This document shows, piece by piece, positions 26,765-37,821 of a stretch of DNA of 64,000 bases (positions are counted from its first letter, which is position 1; each line of letters begins with the position of its first letter). Position numbers and translations under genes: made by a program. The DNA lies in the NCBI GenBank assembly GCA_016748015.1, contig JAAOMT010000657.1, forward strand, positions 62,001 to 126,000, read 5' to 3'. Under the pieces are notes generated by a model, which saw only the letters and a program-made list of their open reading frames with translations, searched no databases and had not been told where the DNA came from. Source of the DNA: Geosiphon pyriformis uo1. Lineage: Eukaryota > Fungi > Glomeromycota.

Positions 26765-28350
26765 GTAACAATCATCCAATCTGATAAAATCTTGGCAGGC
26801 ACTAAAAAAAAATCTAGATCTGGAAGAAAGAAGTGTAGCACAACTATGATTGATGTTAAAAAGACATCTGGAGTTCAATAGGAAATCTATGCTAGAGAAA
26901 CTGATCGACTAACAGATGAAACACAAAGAAAATCAATAGATAACAGCAATGATGATCTAAACCAGATGTGGCTTACAATCAAAGAGACTGTGTTACAAGT
27001 TGCTGAGTGTCTACCAAAAAGGAAAGTGGAAGCCCAATCTGCATACACAAAGAAAAAATGCATAGATCACAAGCTTGTTAAGATTGTTGCTGATATAATC
27101 AAACTAATAAGAGTAAACAATGCAGATATGCATGATAACAATGTTATGCAGTTGTTGGCCAAATAGAAACAGCTAAAACCTGAGGCAGTTAATACATATC
27201 TGATGACTCTCCCAAAAGATAAGCTAATTGTGGAATTACTCAATATTAAAAAAGAATACAGATCAACACTGCGAGCTAGGATCAGGCTACAACAGCAGAA
27301 ACAATATCATTAGGAGACAACAAAACTTTGATCTAAACAAAGGAGCTATGATCAAAAACATCCTGAACAGAAAAAAACAAAGAATTGTACTAGACCATGT
27401 AATTAAAGAAGGCAAATTTCATGATGATTCTGATGAAATTAAAAAGCTAGTAAACAAAAAAGCCCAAGGGTGAACCAGAACAAGAAACATTGAGCCTGAC
27501 CTATGGAAAAGTTGAAAACACAGATTTAAGCCAATTAAAAGCATTCCAGACTATGTCTTTGATGGTGTAATGAATGAATTAACAAATGAGGAATTTGAAC
27601 ACATATTGAGCCACACACTTCATAACAAAGCTTCTGGCCCATCAGACATTCAAGCTGAACTCTGGAGGAAGGCTGGGCCTAATACCAAATCTAAACTAAA
27701 AACATTGCTTAATGCTTGCATTAAAGCAGTAAACATGCCTGAGGAGTGAAGAGTAGCACAAGTTATACTGATTCCAAAGCCAAAAGAATGGGGTGACAAT
27801 ATTGACATTACCAGGCCAATCACACTTATTGAAAGCACCAGAAAAATCTTAACAAAGATTTTAACTGCTAGGATATCAAAAGCATGTGAACTCCACAATG
27901 TCCTAAAAGATTACAATACCTCTGTATTAAAGAATACCTCCACAGCAGTGCCTATTAAGGTGATTAATGCTGTAGCTGAACATGCAAGAGAATTTGATAA
28001 AGAAGCTTGGTTTACATTTCAGGACATGAAAAAGACATATAATTCAGTGAGATGGAAACCCATGGAAGCTGTACTAAAGAGAATTAAGATGAACAATAGG
28101 TTTACTGAGCTGTTTGGCTTGATGCACAACAATAGAAGCAACAGAATCATAACTGAATTTGGGTTAAGTGATAAATATCAAGTACAAAATGAACTGGATC
28201 AAGAGGAAACAAGCTTACCCATTATGTGGAGAATTTTCTACGACCCCTTACTGTGCAAAGTAAAACAAGCCAATTATAGTCAGGAATACAAACTGACAGC
28301 AGCATAAAAAAAGTGAGATAATCAATCAGATACACAATCTCTGTTGGTGT
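26765..28350 (+). mobile_element. LINE-b 5' part (post-endonuclease region and RT N-terminal half)
   Basis: KASGPSDI, RPITLIES, FQDMKKTYNSV, (Q)EETSLPIMWRIFYDPLL. Confidence 0.88.
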
Positions 28351-28499
28351 TGTTATGGTTGAAACTCATAGTTTTTATTAGTTATCACATGTATTAGCCA
28401 CTGATGTCATATTGTTATGGTTGAAACACATAGTTTTTATTAATTATCACATGTATTAGCCACTGATGTTATATAATTAGCCACCCTATTTTTAGATAA

Positions 28500-28620
28500 T
28501 GATCATTGACCTGATCAATAACCTGACCGTTGACCTGATTAATGACCTGATTATTGACCTGATCATTGACCTGATCATTGACCTGATCATTGACCTGATC
28601 ATTGATCTGGTCGTTGACCA
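28500..28620 (+). repeat. U3 12-bp tandem array (TGATCATTGACC)x10
   Basis: Direct count; 2-12 units in the other GypB LTRs. Confidence 0.9.
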
Positions 28621-29144
28621 CTTTAGATAGCTATATAAGCGATGATTCTCTTAGCTGTAGAAAGACATGATCAAAGTAACGAAATAAACAATATCAATTA
28701 CTTCCTCTCATAATTGCTTATTCCCCTTTTCTTACCTTCAAGTATCTACTTGTTGGTATTCACATACCTTATCTTTTCCCCTTCTTGATTTGTATTTGTT
28801 AGAATTAGCCTGAGAAGCAATTGGCTTGCTCTTGTAATTCATTGAATAAAGAAACGATTGAAAAGTACAACAATACCTGTTATTGATTTTAAGAATCGCC
28901 GAGTTGAAGCATAGAATAATAGCAGCAGTGTTATCTTGTTGACAATCATAGACTATTCCTCTACCTTCAGATTTAAGAAAAGATTAGCGACTGTGATTTT
29001 TATGAGATTGATCACACACATTGAATTCCTACTTATTCAATTTGCTCCCTTATTGTAATTTCTTCTTTGTTTATTTCCATCACCATACAATACTGTTCTC
29101 CCTTGCTATCCGTTAGCTTGTTACTCCAACCCGTAACATAAAAG

Positions 29145-29163
29145 TGGTGCTCCCTGTAAGGTT
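29145..29163 (+). promoter_or_regulatory. GypB-6 PBS
   Basis: TGGTGCTCCCTGTAAGGTT after LTR-TAAAAG. Confidence 0.85.
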
Positions 29164-29190
29164 GTCAAAATTTACTTATTCCCTCATTGT

Positions 29191-30744
29191 ATGGGTGATT
29201 ACTCATATCTGCCACAGCAATCAGAAGAACACTTTGTAGCACACAACAGAAATGACCAAAGTTTCATTGAACTTAATCCTCTGCCCTCCTGCTTGATCTG
29301 CTTCCCCCTTGAAGAACAATCAAGTAGACAATTCCAAGACTTTTGGAACTGGTTCCTAAATGAGCATTCAGCTGAAATCTACACAGCTTATACAACCTAT
29401 TACTTTGACCAAGCTTATTTTGAAAATGACTTTGAAGAAAGAAACAACAGTATCAATCAGCTCTTATATTCTGCAACCTTTGAACAACAGCCCCCTGATT
29501 TCGAATATCTGAATCATCAAATCCACATTTGGATTGCTGCCCATCAAGCAACTGAAACTCCCTTTGAAACAGAAGAAGAAAGCTACCAAACTGCCTCTGT
29601 TTTTGATCTTTTATCAAGGGAATCAGACTTGTCTACACAAACAGTTACCCCTGAACCAATGGCTAATGACCCCATGCAAGCAAATATTCTGGCCCCCCTC
29701 CAAGGTATATAAACTGCTCTAGGGCGAAGAAACAACACTCCAATACCATTATTTAGAGGTGATGCACAAGATCCAATTGAATGGTTGGATGACTTTGAAA
29801 GAGCCGCTACAGCCAATCAATATGATGATGAGTACAAGTTCCAAATTGTTGGTGGCTACCTTCAAAAATCCCCTGCTACCTGGTTCTCACAAGAAACAGA
29901 TGCCAATGCCCAGCAAAGAATTGTTAGATGAACACCAGCAAATGTGGGAGAAATCAACACTTCTTTTACTACCCGGTTTGAAAACAAGTTCAGAACCCCA
30001 ATATTAATATCAAAATGGTGTATGGAATTGGAAAGAAGAACCCAAGGTCCCAGTGAAGTTGTAACCGAATACGCCAAAGTAATCAGAAAGTTAATCAAAC
30101 GAGTAGACACTAGAAGAAATTAGACAGAAGAGCAGAAAATTCACTTTTTCACAAAAGGATTGAGAACTAATCTATTGTATGCTCTTTGGCCCCTCCTGGC
30201 CCTGAAAGATAATCCCACCATGGATATGGCCATTGAATTAGCACAAAGAATTGAAGACAACCAAAGGATGCATTTGGAATCCACACTATTAGTTTTTGCT
30301 CCTGTTTCTGTTATGGCTCCCCACTCTCAAATGGCTGCTACTTCTTTTGCCACTCACACTCAAGATCCAAATGAACAGTTAATAAACAGACTCACAGCAA
30401 ATCTTGCTCGGTTATTAGAACCCTTAGCCCAAGCAGTCAGAGAAAATCAGCAACCACAAAGACCCAGATTTGAACCACGCTTCAATCAGCCCCAGCAACC
30501 ACCTTATCAAAGACAACAAAATCATGGCCCACCTGTATGCTATCGCTGTAGATTAACTGGACACTTTTCAAGAGATTGCAACAATCCTCCACTGCTTTCA
30601 CCAGTCCCCAGAAACAATGATGCTCAGAACAACAGGATCAACAACAACAATGTGCCCAACCAAAGACCCAATCATGCCAACATTAATTTCTTTGGAGAGG
30701 ATCCCCTAGTTGAAGCCACTGTTTATCAGCCTTTAAACTGGTAG
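29191..30744 (+). pseudogene. gag: GypB-6 gag (premature stops)
   Basis: Single frame MGDYSY...VYQPLNW* with CCHC knuckle. Confidence 0.9.
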
Positions 30745-30795
30745 GCGCATCTCCAAAGGGTGAGAGTGCAAGCCAACCAGAAAAAAACCTCTTTT
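30732..30795 (+). promoter_or_regulatory. -1 ribosomal frameshift signal (T TTA AAC plus stem-loop/pseudoknot)
   Basis: Heptamer in the correct phase just before the gag stop; the -1 frame runs into the protease ORF. Confidence 0.8.
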
Positions 30796-33290
30796 ACATT
30801 TTTAACTTAACTGATGATGACCATAACATGGATGAATTAGCAATCAACCCCTCTGAATCCACAAGAAAGAAGAAGAAAGCCAAAGTTGATTTCATTCTAA
30901 ACCCCAATAAAGCTTCTACATCAACTGCTGACAACAATGAGCCCCCAAAAGCCAAAGTTTTCAAGAACCCTCCAAAGTTGGAACCCCCAGAAATAGTACA
31001 AAAATTTGGTCCCTATTCTGTTGTTAAAGACCTTATGGAAACCCCAGCACATATAACTTTTGACCAATTAATGACCCATCCACAATTCAGAAAAGATCTT
31101 TGCAAATCTCTGATTCCAAAGAAAAAGACACCCAAAACCAACAAACGCCCTCGCCAAGCTGGACTTGCTGACAATAGCAATGTCACTCCTCTAATTTGTA
31201 AAGCCCAAGTGGCTGGCTACTTCATCGATTTGATCCTAGACAGTGGATCATCTGTTAGTGTTATTGCTAAACACTTTCTTGAAGCAATTGGCAGAAAAAT
31301 TGATGAACCATCCACACGACCAATGACCAATGTGCATGGNNNNNNNNNNNNNNNNNNNNNNNNNNNNNNNNNNNNNNNNNNNNNNNNNNNNNNNNNNNNN
31401 NNNNTGCTTTAATGAAATTTTTGGGTAAATGACAATACCCGCTGGACTATAATCGACAGCAAAGAGAACATTTGCGCAAACAATTAAATTTCTATTTGAT
31501 TCACCAGAACCAGTTATATAAAAGAAATAGAAAAGATCCTGACTGCTCCCAGAGAGTCATTAGATTTGAAGAAAGAGAAATTGTGATCTACAATATGCAC
31601 ACTGATCCATTAGCTGGACACTTTGGAAAAACAAAAACAATTCAGAAAACTTTAGCTTGCTATTATTGGCCTACTTTGGAAAAAGACATTGCTGAATACA
31701 TCAAAACCTGTGATATCTGCCAAAGAAGAGGAAAACCCAATCGCAAGGAAGATATCCATCCAATCTCTGTTGGTCAACCATTTGATAGAATTGGTATAGA
31801 TGTTGTTGGACCTTTAACAGTAACTTCTGATGGCAACAGATACATTATNNNNNNNNNNNNNNNNNNNNTCACTGGTTGTAGAACAAAGAGAACTCTCTCC
31901 AGAAGAAAGAAAGATAGACATTGAAAACCTGCTGGCTAGAAATAGCCCAGTTATCTCAAAAGAAAGTGAACCTCCTGGACGTACACATGTAATACAACAC
32001 ACCATCATTACCAGAGAAACTCGCCCCATCTATTTGAAGCCCTATCAATCCAACCAGTGCAATGATGAGTTTATCAAAAAGGAAATAACCCGAATAAAAA
32101 ACCTTGGATTCATACAGGAAACCAAGAGTGAATGGGCATTCCCAGTTGTAGTGGTATCCAAGAAAGGAGGAACCCTATGCTTTTGTGTTGACTATTACCA
32201 ATTAAATGCCATTACTAAAAGAGACATGTACCCACTTTCCAAGATTGATGCAATGTTAGACTAATTCCATGGTGCTGCTTTCTTCTCAACCATTGACTTA
32301 ACTACTAGATTCTGGCAAGTAGAGATGGATCCAGAAAGCAGAAAGAAAACTGCCTTCATCACTAAGTATGGTACCTACGAATTCACAGTCATGCCTTTTG
32401 GTCTCACAAATGCTCCTCCCACCTTTCAATGCTTAATAGACAAAGTATTTGAATCAGTAAAAGAAAACTTTGTTCTAGTCTACTTGGACAACATAATGGT
32501 ATACTCAAAAACCTGGGATGAACACCTTGAACATTTGCAAAAGGTTTTTGACCTCTTTAGAAATGCTGGTCTCAAGATCAATCCAATCAAATCATTCTTT
32601 GGATGTCAATCCACCCAGTTCCTTGGCCATCTTATTACAAAAGATGGAATCTTTCCTGATCCAGCCAAAATTGAAAAAGTTCAAAACATTAGACAACCAA
32701 TGAATGTTTATGAACTATGCTCTTTTCTTGGTTTGGCCTCTTATTATCACAAGTTTGTCAAGGATTTCTCCAAAATTGCTGCTCCTCTCAATCAGCTACT
32801 TAGAAAAAACATCAATTATTACTGGGGCACTCATCAACAAAAAGCATTTGAAATTCTGAAGAAAAAACTGGTTACAGAACCCATCCTCATGCAACCTAAT
32901 TTGGATCAACTTTTTATCCTCCACACTAATGCATCTGGCTATGGACTTGGTGCTGTTCTTTCCCAAAAAGATGAAGATAACAGAGAACATGCCATAACAT
33001 ATGCCAGTAGAACTCTCACACCAGCAGAAAAAAACTACTCAGTCACTAAGCAAGAAAGTTTAGCAGTAGTTTGGGCTACCAGCTACTGGGACAAATATCT
33101 TAAGAGTGTGAAATTTTTGGTGATAACAGATCACCAAGCTTTGGTTTGGCTACACAACAAAAGAAACCTGGAACATAAATGGATAATTTGCTGGATACTC
33201 CACTTGGACGAATTCGACTATGACATTCAACACCACAAAAGAGTTAATCATCAAAACATTGACGCTTTCTCTAGACTTACCATCCAGTAA
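30738..33290 (+). pseudogene. pol: GypB-6 pol (PR-RT-RH; gaps and a misplaced INT segment)
   Basis: LILDSGSS; ORFs 31830-32264 and 32325-33290. Confidence 0.85.
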
Positions 33291-33355
33291 TAGTAAAACC
33301 CTCTCAAACCAAACCAACTTAATTATTTGTAACTCCCCCACAAACAAACACGATA

Positions 33356-34530
33356 ATGGACTTGGACAACTACTCTGCTTTAATGAAATTTTTGGGTAAA
33401 TGACAATACCCGCTGGACTATAATCGACAGCAAAGAGAACATTTGCGCAAACAATTAAATTTCTATTTGATTCACCAGAACCAGTTATATAAAAGAAATA
33501 GAAAAGATCCTGACTGCTCCCAGAGAGTCATTAGATTTGAAGAAAGAGAAATTGTGATCTACAATATGCACACTGATCCATTAGCTGGACACTTTGGAAA
33601 AACAAAAACAATTCAGAAAACTTTAGCTTGCTATTATTGGCCTACTTTGGAAAAAGACATTGCNNNNNNNNNNNNNNNNNNNNNNNNNNNNNNNNNNNNN
33701 NNNNNNNNNNNNNNNNNNNNNNNNNNNNNNNNNNNNNNNNNNNNNNNNNNNNNNNNNNNNNNNNNNNNNNNNNNNATATTGTTTGTTGCCATGGCTGCCC
33801 CAAAGAACTTTTATCTGATAGAGGAAGAGCTTTTCTCAGTACACTGTTTAAAGAACTTTGCAGAAAAATGGAAATACGTCATAAACTCTCTTCCTCTTAT
33901 CACCCCCAAACAAATGGCCTAGTGGAACGTTTCAATAGAACACTATGTGAAACCCTAGCCAAAACCAGTAAAGAAACCAACCTATGAGACAAAGTATTGC
34001 CTTCAGCCTTGTTTGCTTACAGAACTGTGAATCATGACATAACAAGTTATGAACCCTTTTATCTGCTCTATGGACAAATGGCAACTCTACCAATAGAAAC
34101 AGATATAGAAACAATATCTTTTAAAGAAATAACAATAGGAGATTACAAGAACATTTTGCAAAGAAGACTTGGTAATATTCTTGACTCATTAGTAGAAGCA
34201 TGGATAATTGCCTTTGAAAAGATAAAACAGGTCCAAAAGAAGCTCAAAATCAAAAAAACCTATAAAACACTTTCCTTAAGTGTTGGTGACTTAGTTTTGG
34301 AATACCGTTCAGACAGAGACAATGTCTATAGTGATAAATTCTCTAGCCGGTGGAAAGGACTCTTTATAGTCAACAAAGTTTTGAACAATGGTTCTTATAT
34401 CTTACAAAATCAATATGGAACAATATTCAGTGATCGCCCTGTTCATGGCACGCGACTCAAGAAATATCACAAACGACCTGATTGGTTACTTGTTGTGGTA
34501 ATACCGACCCAAATGATCAGCAAAAATTAG
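33356..34530 (+). pseudogene. GypB-6 integrase (separate ORF starting MDLDNY)
   Basis: ATG at 33356 is in the frame of ORF 33443; HTDPLAGHFG, VERFNRTL, RWKG(P)F. Confidence 0.87.
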
Positions 34531-34577
34531 ATATAAATAAATGTACCATTCCCAAAACAGAGGTATCTTCAATTGAC

Positions 34578-35234
34578 ATGAACAATTATTTCCTGGATCA
34601 AAACATTCAAAACACTTTCTATACTCTCCATGAGTACTGGATTAAGAACTATCCAAATGCTACTCTGACTATTGGAAAACAAACCACTATAACAGATAAC
34701 AGTGGAACTTACACTGTTATTAGACCAAAGAAAACAACTACCAAAAGAGAAAGAATTGGTGGCAAAATGGATAAATACCTGCTGGAAAGCATAACAGCAG
34801 CAATACTTTCACCTTCCAGCACAATTGGAAAAACAATACAAGAAATCTTGCCCATAGACAAAAACTTGTCATATGGAAGACAACTAGAACTCTATGGTCG
34901 TCTTGGTGAAATCATAGAAGACATGAAGCTTATGAAGAAAACAACTTCAGAGATACAAGTGGAAATTTTGGGCATTATACGATTGGATGTTCTAAGAGTT
35001 TTGACCATTGCAAGAAGAGCCAGAACTCTTATACAAAGATTTGGTCTCTTGGATACAAAGCTTATTTTGCCTCAAGTACTATATACTCTATCCACAAAAG
35101 ACTTCAACAAACTAGTTAGTTTTGAGTTAGACAAAACCCTTTACATAGACTATCCCATAAATAGTTTGATTTCGCTGGAGCTCAATCTCTTTGGAGAGGA
35201 TGATGTTACGGTTAAAACACATAGTTTTTATTAA
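34578..35234 (+). CDS. GypB-6 ORF3, intact 218-aa protein of unknown function; overlaps the PPT and ends inside the 3' LTR
   Basis: Open frame 34482-35234; ATG (MNNYFL) kept in 5 of 7 copies and ATA in 2. Confidence 0.8.
   Translation: MNNYFLDQNIQNTFYTLHEYWIKNYPNATLTIGKQTTITDNSGTYTVIRPKKTTTKRERIGGKMDKYLLESITAAILSPSSTIGKTIQEILPIDKNLSYGRQLELYGRLGEIIEDMKLMKKTTSEIQVEILGIIRLDVLRVLTIARRARTLIQRFGLLDTKLILPQVLYTLSTKDFNKLVSFELDKTLYIDYPINSLISLELNLFGEDDVTVKTHSFY
35182..35203 (+). promoter_or_regulatory. GypB PPT region (TCAATCTCTTTGGAGAGGATGA)
   Basis: Immediately 5' of the 3' LTR start TGTTACGG. Confidence 0.8.
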
Positions 35235-37143
35235 TTATCACATGTATTAGNNNNNNNNNNNNNNNNNNNNTCTTGTAATTCATTGAATAAAGAAACGATT
35301 GAAAAGTACAACGATACCTGTTATTGATTCAAAGAATCGCCAAGTTGAAGCATAGAATAATAGCAGCAGTGTTATCTTGTTGACAATCATAGACTATTCC
35401 TCTACCTTCAGATTTAAGAAAAGATTAGTAACTGTGATTTTTATGAGACTGATCATGCACATTGAATTCCTACTTATTCAATTTGCTCCCTTATTGTAAT
35501 TCCTTCTTTGTTTATTTCCATCACCATACAATACTGTTCTCCCTTGCTATCCGTTAGCTTGTTACTCCAACCCGTAACAATATAATTAGCCACCATATTT
35601 TTAAATAGCAATCATTGACCTAATCATTGACCACTTTTCATAGCTATATAAGCAATGAATCTCTTAGCTGTAGAAAAGCATGTAATAACAAGCATCTGAA
35701 TAATCAAGAATAAATAAAATAACAACTTACATCTCAATCCTTCTCTTATTGCTAATTTCCCTTTCCCTACCTTCAAGTATCTGAACATCTTAAAGATAAA
35801 AGATTACTTGTTGGCCTTTTCCTGACATATATAATTATAGCATTTGAAGATTATTTGAATAAATGTGACTGAAAAGCACAAGTTGATACCTGATATTGAA
35901 TTCTAAGAGCGCCAATATAAGGCATAGAATTATACTAGTGGTAATCAATTGTTGACAGTACGGACTATCCCTCTACCTTCAGATTCCTTTGTTACCTTTT
36001 GAAAAGAATAGCAACTGAGATATTTTATAAGACTGATCTCGCACATTAAATCCATACTCATTCAATTTGCTCATTGAAGTTGAATTCCCTTTGATTATTT
36101 CCATCACCCTACAATTCTGTTCTCCCTTGCTATCCATTAGCTTGTTATTCCAACCCATAACATAAAAGTGATGCTCCCTGTGAGGTTGTTAAAATCTACT
36201 TTGTTTTCTATTGTATGGGTGATTATTCATACTTGCCACAACAATCAGAAGAACACTTTAAAGCACACAACAAAAATGATCTAAACTTTATTGAACTCAA
36301 TTCTTTGCCCTCCTGCTTGATTTGCTTTCCCATTGAAAAACAATCCAGCAGACAATTCCAAAACTTTTGGAACTGGTTTCTGGACAAGCATTCAGCTGAA
36401 ACCTATACAGCTTATACAACCTATTGTTACGGGTTGGAGTAACAAACTAACAGATAGCAAGAGAGAACAGTATTGTATGGTAATGGAAATAAACAAAGAG
36501 AAAATTACAATAAGGGAGCAAATTGAATAAATAGGAATTCAATGTGCATGATCAGTCTCATAAAAATCACAGTTACTAATCTTTTCTTAAATCTGAAGGT
36601 AGAGGAATAGTCTATGATTGTCAACAAGATAACACTGCTGCTATTATTCTATGCTTCAACTTGGCGATTCTTTGAATCAATAACAGGTATCGTTGTACTT
36701 TTCAATCGTTTCTTTATTCAATGAATTACAAGAGCAAGCCAATTGCTTCTCAGGCTAATTCTAACAAATACAAATCAAGAAGGGGAAAAGATAAGATATG
36801 TGAATGCCAACAAGTAGATACTTGAAGGTAAGGAAAGAGGAATAAGCGATTATAAGAGGAAGTAATTGATATTGTTTATTTCATTACTTTGATCATGTTA
36901 TTCTACAGTTAAGAGAATCATCGCTTATATAGCTATCTAAAGTGGTCAACGACCAGGTCAATAATCAGGTCAATGATTAGGTCAATGATCAGGTCAACGA
37001 TCAGTTCATTGATCAGGTCAATAATCAGGTCAATAATCAGATTAATGATCAGGTCAATGGTCAGGTCATTGATCAGGTCAATAATCACTATCTAAAAATA
37101 GAGTGGCTAATTATATGACATCAGTGGCTAATACATGTGATAA

Positions 37144-37780
37144 CTAATAAAAACTATGAGTTTCAACTGTAACATCATTCTCTCTAAAGAGATTGAGCTC
37201 CGGCGAAATCAAACTATTTATGGGATAGTCTATGTGAAGGGTTTTGTCTAACTCAAAACTAACTAGTTTGTTGAAGTCTTTTGTGGATAGGATATATAAT
37301 ACTTGAGGTGAAATAAGTTTTGTATCCAAGAGACCAAATCTTTGTATAAGAGTTCTGGCTCTTTTAGCAATGGTCAAAACTCTTGAGACATCCAATCGTA
37401 TAATGCCCAAAATTTCCTCTTGTATCTCTGAAGTTGTTTTCTATGATTTCACCAAGACGACCATAGAGTTCTAGTTGTCTTCCATATGACAAGTTTTTGT
37501 CTATGGGCAAGATTTCTTGTATTGTTTTTCCAATTGTGCTGGAAGGTGAAAGTATTGCTGCTGTTATGCTTTCCAGCAGGTATTTATTCATTTTGCCACC
37601 AATTTTTTCTCTTCTGGTAGTTGTTTTCTTTGGTCTGATAACAGTGTGAGTTCCACTGTTGTCTGTTATGGTGATTTGTTTTCCAATAGTCAGAGTAGCA
37701 TTTTGATAGTTCTTGATCCAGTACTTATGGAGAGTATAGAAAGCATTTTGAATGTTTTGATCCAGGAAATAATTGTTCAT
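37144..37780 (-). pseudogene. GypB-7 ORF3 (frameshifted)
   Basis: ORFs 37364-37876 and 37144-37410. Confidence 0.85.
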
Positions 37781-37821
37781 CTTGATTGAAGATACCTCTG
37801 TTTTGGGAATGGTGCATTTAT

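Larger units (their letters stand above)
28413..35579 (+). mobile_element. GypB-6 full-length (gapped assembly), inserted in the 5' LTR of GypB-5
   Basis: LTRs 28413-29138 and 35204-35579; TSD ATAT at 28409-28412 and 35580-35583. Confidence 0.92.

Noticed and set aside
28500-28620. CRISPR-like array or nuclear-receptor (AGGTCA) elements
   Set aside because: Head-to-tail 12-mers with no spacers inside an LTR; no cas genes and no evidence of an animal host
30721-30758. 38-nt GT-AG intron joining gag to pol in frame
   Set aside because: Very short with weak donor and branch signals; the phased slippery heptamer plus structure explains the frame change better
31405-31848. Integrase segment between protease and RT (Gmr1-like order)
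   Set aside because: Bounded by N gaps, its first ~290 bp duplicate 33376-33663, and all other copies have INT after RH; scaffolding artefact
34300-34530. Chromodomain at the integrase C-terminus
   Set aside because: INT ends shortly after the GPF module; no YLVKW-type motif
34482-35234. ORF3 as an env gene
   Set aside because: Short, with no signal peptide, hydrophobic transmembrane segment or furin/fusion peptide visible
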